NCBI GenBank assembly: GCA_900539735.1
Contig: UQDE01000005.1
Span: 1,452-65,451, forward strand
Reading direction: 5' to 3'
DNA length: 64,000 bases
Source: an uncultured Collinsella sp.
Lineage (GTDB): Bacteria; Actinomycetota; Coriobacteriia; Coriobacteriales; Coriobacteriaceae
A program made the translations under genes and the position numbers. Positions 58,800 to 64,000 of this stretch are shown here, in pieces. The notes under the pieces are model-generated. The model searched no databases. It was given only the letters and a program-made list of their open reading frames with translations, and was not told the DNA's origin. The stretch's first letter is position 1, and each line of letters opens with the position of its first letter.

Positions 58800-60413
<1,614 letters not shown>

Positions 60414-60557
60414 GCGGATCCTTTCTTGCATTGAGTGCATTACGTCGTTGTAACCCGACTATTGTAGCCGCGAAATCCCGCTCTAGGGCGCCTATCAGGA
60501 CAAATTCATCAGTTGGGGCCTGGGTAGCCGGGCCAATCGGTATTTACCTCTTGCGTA

Positions 60558-60601
60558 ACTGTGCATAGTGTATATATACTGTGCTTACCGGTTATATACA
60601 C
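60558..60601 (+). promoter_or_regulatory. YtrA-type GntR operator/promoter
   Basis: ACTGTGC direct repeats 20 bp apart and GTGTATAT...ATATACAC inverted repeat. Confidence 0.6.
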
Positions 60602-60628
60602 GTGTAGCCCAACAGCTAAGGAGCCGCT

Positions 60629-61011
60629 GTGGACATCATCCTATCCAATTCGAGCGATAAGCCCACATCTACGAGCAGATAACCTCGCAGGTCAAAGCTC
60701 AGATCTTATCGGGCGCACTTACTGCGGGAGCCAAACTCCCCAGCATCCGTGCACTCGCGAGCGACCTGGGCGTGAGCGTCATCACCACCAAGCGCGCCTA
60801 TGCCGATCTGGAGCAGCTCGGCTTTATCTGCACCGTGCAGGGCAAGGGCTGTTTTGTCGCCGAGGGCAACCAGGAGCTCTTGCGCGAAAACCAGCTCTGC
60901 CATATCGAAGAGCTGCTTGCGAAAGCGGCAAGCCAAGCCGAAACCCTGGGTGTCACGCGCGACAAGCTGCACGAGATGCTCGACCTGGTAGCCCCCGAAA
61001 CCATGCAGTAG
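60629..61011 (+). pseudogene. YtrA-subfamily GntR repressor with a 2-nt frameshift
   Basis: GTG start MDIILSNSSDKP, extra AC at 60665-60666, then IYEQITSQVKAQIL...LPSIRALASDLGVSVITTKRAY in another frame. Confidence 0.85.
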
Positions 61012-61034
61012 CCATCTGCAAGAAAGGCTATACC

Positions 61035-61916
61035 ATGCAAAACTTGCTAGAACTCAAAGGTGTTTCACGCCGCGTGAGCGGCCGTTTTTCGTTGCGCGAC
61101 GTCACACTTGCCGTGGAGCCCGGCCAGATCGTCGGCTTTGTGGGCGCAAACGGCGCCGGCAAGACAACGACCATTCGAGCCGCTCTCGGGCTAATAAAGC
61201 TTGATGCCGGCGAAGTGCACCTGTTTGGGCAGCACTGTGGCGCCGACGCGCCCGATGAGACACAGCGCTGCCTGCGCTCCCGCGTCGGTCTCGTCCTGGA
61301 CACATGCCCCTTCCCTTCAACGCTCAAGGCGGGCCAGATCGAGGCACTCGTAGGCCCGGCGTACCCCACCTGGAGCCACGACACCTTCGCCAGCCTCATC
61401 GACCGATTTGGCTTGGATCCCAAGGCAAAGGTCAAGGACCTCTCCCGCGGCATGGGCATGAAGCTGCAGCTTGCCTGCGCGCTCAGCCACCAGGCCAAGC
61501 TGCTCGTTTTGGACGAAGCCACCGCGGGCCTCGATCCCATGGCACGCGAGGAGCTGCTCGATGAGCTGCTCGCCTTTGTTTCCGACGGCCTGCACAGCGT
61601 GCTGCTCTCGAGCCATATTACGTCCGACCTCGATCGCGCCGCCGACCGCGTCATCTGCATCGATAACGGCTCGATTATTTTTGACCTGCCGCGCGAGGAC
61701 ATTACTGACCGCGCCGGCATCGCCCACTGTACCCAAGCACAGGCCGCCGAGCTTATGGCTTGCGTCGAAGGCGCCCGTGCCGTCCACCACGCCTATAGCG
61801 TGGACGTGCTCGTGCCCAACCGTCGCGAAACGCTCGAAGCCTTTCCCGAGATTCCCTGCGATCGGGCAACCATTGATGACTATCTGCGCCTCATGCTGAA
61901 AGGGGCTTCGAAATGA
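61035..61916 (+). CDS. ABC transporter ATP-binding protein (YtrB-like)
   Basis: GANGAGKTT, LSRGM, LDEAT and SSH; GAAAGG RBS before ATG 61035. Confidence 0.92.
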   Translation: MQNLLELKGVSRRVSGRFSLRDVTLAVEPGQIVGFVGANGAGKTTTIRAALGLIKLDAGEVHLFGQHCGADAPDETQRCLRSRVGLVLDTCPFPSTLKAGQIEALVGPAYPTWSHDTFASLIDRFGLDPKAKVKDLSRGMGMKLQLACALSHQAKLLVLDEATAGLDPMAREELLDELLAFVSDGLHSVLLSSHITSDLDRAADRVICIDNGSIIFDLPREDITDRAGIAHCTQAQAAELMACVEGARAVHHAYSVDVLVPNRRETLEAFPEIPCDRATIDDYLRLMLKGASK

Positions 61917-62608
61917 AACGCGCCTTTATGTCCGAGCTCGCCATCGTTCGCACGCTCACCCCGAGCATCGCGGGCGTCGGCCTGTTCATCTTCGTCGTGC
62001 TAACCCTTGCCAACGCGTCGGATGGCGATTCCGGCATGAGCGCCGGCGCCTGCGCGGTCAGCGCCATGTCGCCCATCATGGTCATGAACTCGCTGGCCGG
62101 CTTCGACAATCAAAACGGATGGGAGCGCTATCGGGCAACGCTTCTCACGCGCAAAGACATTATTTGCGCACGCTACCTGTGCATCGTTGTCTTCTCGGCC
62201 ATCATGGCCTGCGCCGCCGTGCTTTTGAACATCATCGCCCTTCCGTTCTTCAACAGCGCGGGCGTGGCCTCGACAGGACAAACCATCTTTGAGATCGCAA
62301 TTGCCTCGGCAGCATCGATGCTCATCTCCCTCATGATGGTGTTCTTGGCACAGCCGCTGTTCTTCCGATTTGGACACATGGAGGCACTGCGCCTATCCGT
62401 TGGCCTGTTTGCCCTACTCGGATGCCTTACCATGGCAGCGCTGAGCTCCTCCAACCCCATCAGCAACTGGCTTATGTCGATTGCCGGGGCGAATCCCGAT
62501 CCTGCCGTCCTTGGCTGTCTGTGTGCAGGAATTGCCGTACTGGCGCTCGCACTATGTGTAATCAGCTGCGCTGTCAGCACCAAGGTTTATCGAGCACGCG
62601 ATCTGTAA
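61913..62608 (+). CDS. ABC-2 transporter permease
   Basis: ~6 TM segments; D..NGW.RY and P.FFRFG; ATGA overlap with the ATPase gene. Confidence 0.85.
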   Translation: MKRAFMSELAIVRTLTPSIAGVGLFIFVVLTLANASDGDSGMSAGACAVSAMSPIMVMNSLAGFDNQNGWERYRATLLTRKDIICARYLCIVVFSAIMACAAVLLNIIALPFFNSAGVASTGQTIFEIAIASAASMLISLMMVFLAQPLFFRFGHMEALRLSVGLFALLGCLTMAALSSSNPISNWLMSIAGANPDPAVLGCLCAGIAVLALALCVISCAVSTKVYRARDL

Positions 62609-62735
62609 TCGACGGCTAAAAAAGCTTAGGTGGTACCCCGCTTATTTTTTCAATGTAACGAGGCGGCATAGCGTCACCACCGCCCTTCACAGCAGGCCGT
62701 CTAGTTCTTGGCAACCAAAAAGACACCGTCAGCAT

Positions 62736-62921
62736 ATCGAAGGTGAATACTTTTCCGAGAAGTGAACGAGTAAAAACAGTGCCCTGTAGCATCGACATTT
62801 TTAAGGACTCAATTCCTGCGGTTTTTGTCTAAGAATCCTGCAGTTTTGTTCGTAAAAAGTGTGTATGTTCCAGGGGTCCAGATTTACTCGTTCACTTCGC
62901 GGAAAACCATTCACCTTCGAT
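62736..62921. repeat. 39-bp inverted repeat with 108-bp spacer (MITE-like)
   Basis: ATCGAAGGTGAATACTTTTCCGAGAAGTGAACGAGTAAA / TTTACTCGTTCACTTCGCGGAAAACCATTCACCTTCGAT (36 of 39 complementary). Confidence 0.85.
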
Positions 62922-63058
62922 TCGAGCCTTAACCAAATGCCCTCTCGAACTATGGCCCCTGTCTCACCACAGCGATACCAAAGCTTCATGGCGGGGCGGT
63001 ATCATCGGACGAGCGCCGTAAATCTGGCGCGGTCGTTCTTTGGGGAGGCATTTCACCC

Positions 63059-63934
63059 GTGTCGTGGGTCGCAGCAGCATTTGTGTCGGCTTTCTTTGCC
63101 GGCGTCACATCTGTCCTGGCCAAATGCGGCATCAAGCAGACCGACTCCGATGTCGCGACGGCCATTCGCACCTGCGTGGTGCTCGTTTTCGCCTGGGCAA
63201 TGGCGGGCATTTCTGGATCCATTGGAACCATCGGCAGCATCGAACCCAGATCTTGGCTCTTTCTCGTCCTCTCGGGACTCGCTACCGGCGCTTCGTGGAT
63301 CTGTTACTTTAAGGCGCTGGGCATCGGAGACGTCAATAAGGTCGTACCGGTCGACAAGATGAGCACCGTACTCGCCGCACTGATCGCCATCGTGCTTTTT
63401 GGCGAGACGAGCAACCTTGCGGTTAAGCTCGTGGGAACCGCTGTCATCACCCTCGGCACGTTTTTAATGATCGAGAAGAAGCAGTCTGCCGGACCCGAGC
63501 AGCAGCAAGACCGGACCTGGCTCGCTTACGCCCTCGGCGCTGCCGTGTTCGCGGCGCTCACGTCCATCCTTGCCAAGGTTGGCATCGAAGGCGTCGAGTC
63601 AAACCTGGCCACGGCAATCCGCACCTGCGTGGTACTGGTTATGGCATGGGCGATCGTGGCAGCCAAGGGAAAACTGGATCAGGTCGCGCACGCTGACCGG
63701 CGCGAACTCACATTTCTCGCAACATCGGGCATCGCGACCGGAGCATCGTGGCTGCTCTATTACTACGCCATCGCCACAGGCCAGGTGAGCGTCGTGGTGC
63801 AGATCGACAAACTATCGATTGTCGTATCAGTACTATTTGCGCGCCTGACATTCAACGAAAAACTCTCACGACGCAGCGTCATCGGTCTCGCCCTCATCGT
63901 ACTGGGCACCGCCGCGCTCGCAGTTTGGAAGTAG
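63059..63934 (+). CDS. EamA-family transporter (two repeats)
   Basis: Duplicated LAK.GI...S..ATAIRTCVVLV and SG.ATGASW...DK.S. Confidence 0.9.
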   Translation: MSWVAAAFVSAFFAGVTSVLAKCGIKQTDSDVATAIRTCVVLVFAWAMAGISGSIGTIGSIEPRSWLFLVLSGLATGASWICYFKALGIGDVNKVVPVDKMSTVLAALIAIVLFGETSNLAVKLVGTAVITLGTFLMIEKKQSAGPEQQQDRTWLAYALGAAVFAALTSILAKVGIEGVESNLATAIRTCVVLVMAWAIVAAKGKLDQVAHADRRELTFLATSGIATGASWLLYYYAIATGQVSVVVQIDKLSIVVSVLFARLTFNEKLSRRSVIGLALIVLGTAALAVWK

Positions 63935-64000
63935 CGCGGCCAGCAGCCGCTACATCCTCACACCTGGCTTGGGATGCCTGTACTGACCGTGGGATGCCCT

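Noticed and set aside
60561..61034. N-terminal extension of the 451-aa ABC ATPase ORF as a GntR-ABC fusion
   Set aside because: The extension is an off-frame reading of the gntR region; the true start is ATG 61035 with its own RBS
62616..62989. Short ORFs of 60-62 aa in the AT-rich intergenic region
   Set aside because: No RBS or motifs; their mutual similarity comes from the 39-bp inverted repeat
63970..64000. TGGGATGCC repeated 20 bp apart at the window end
   Set aside because: Only two short copies, truncated by the window edge; cannot be interpreted

Overview
GC-rich chromosomal window that looks like a Coriobacteriia gut bacterium (Collinsella-like; inferred from gene content and style, not from a search). 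It is mostly housekeeping and metabolic genes: pdxR/S/T, thiM/thiE under a TPP riboswitch, kup, bile salt hydrolase, a MetE2-like protein, ung, prfC, trmL, class II UvrA, GGDEF/EAL proteins and transporters. I see no transposase, integrase, CRISPR array, rRNA or tRNA. The interesting signal is in the intergenic DNA: (1) an unannotated type I toxin-antitoxin-like locus at about 4709-5012, with a 27-aa hydrophobic peptide, a convergent antisense RNA, 5'-3' fold-back and a LexA-type box; (2) two inverted copies of a ~190-nt structured element with compensatory base changes, each starting at a TAG stop codon (13362-13552 and 16643-16832); (3) two 119-bp TIR-bounded repeats bracketing a restriction-like nuclease gene (8579-10121); (4) REP-like palindromes, some bracketing two paralogous ATPase-wHTH genes and supplying stop codons; (5) a preQ1-like leader on a VUT-transporter + SDR operon; (6) a frameshifted YtrA/GntR repressor. 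All product calls come from recognised motifs, not database searches.
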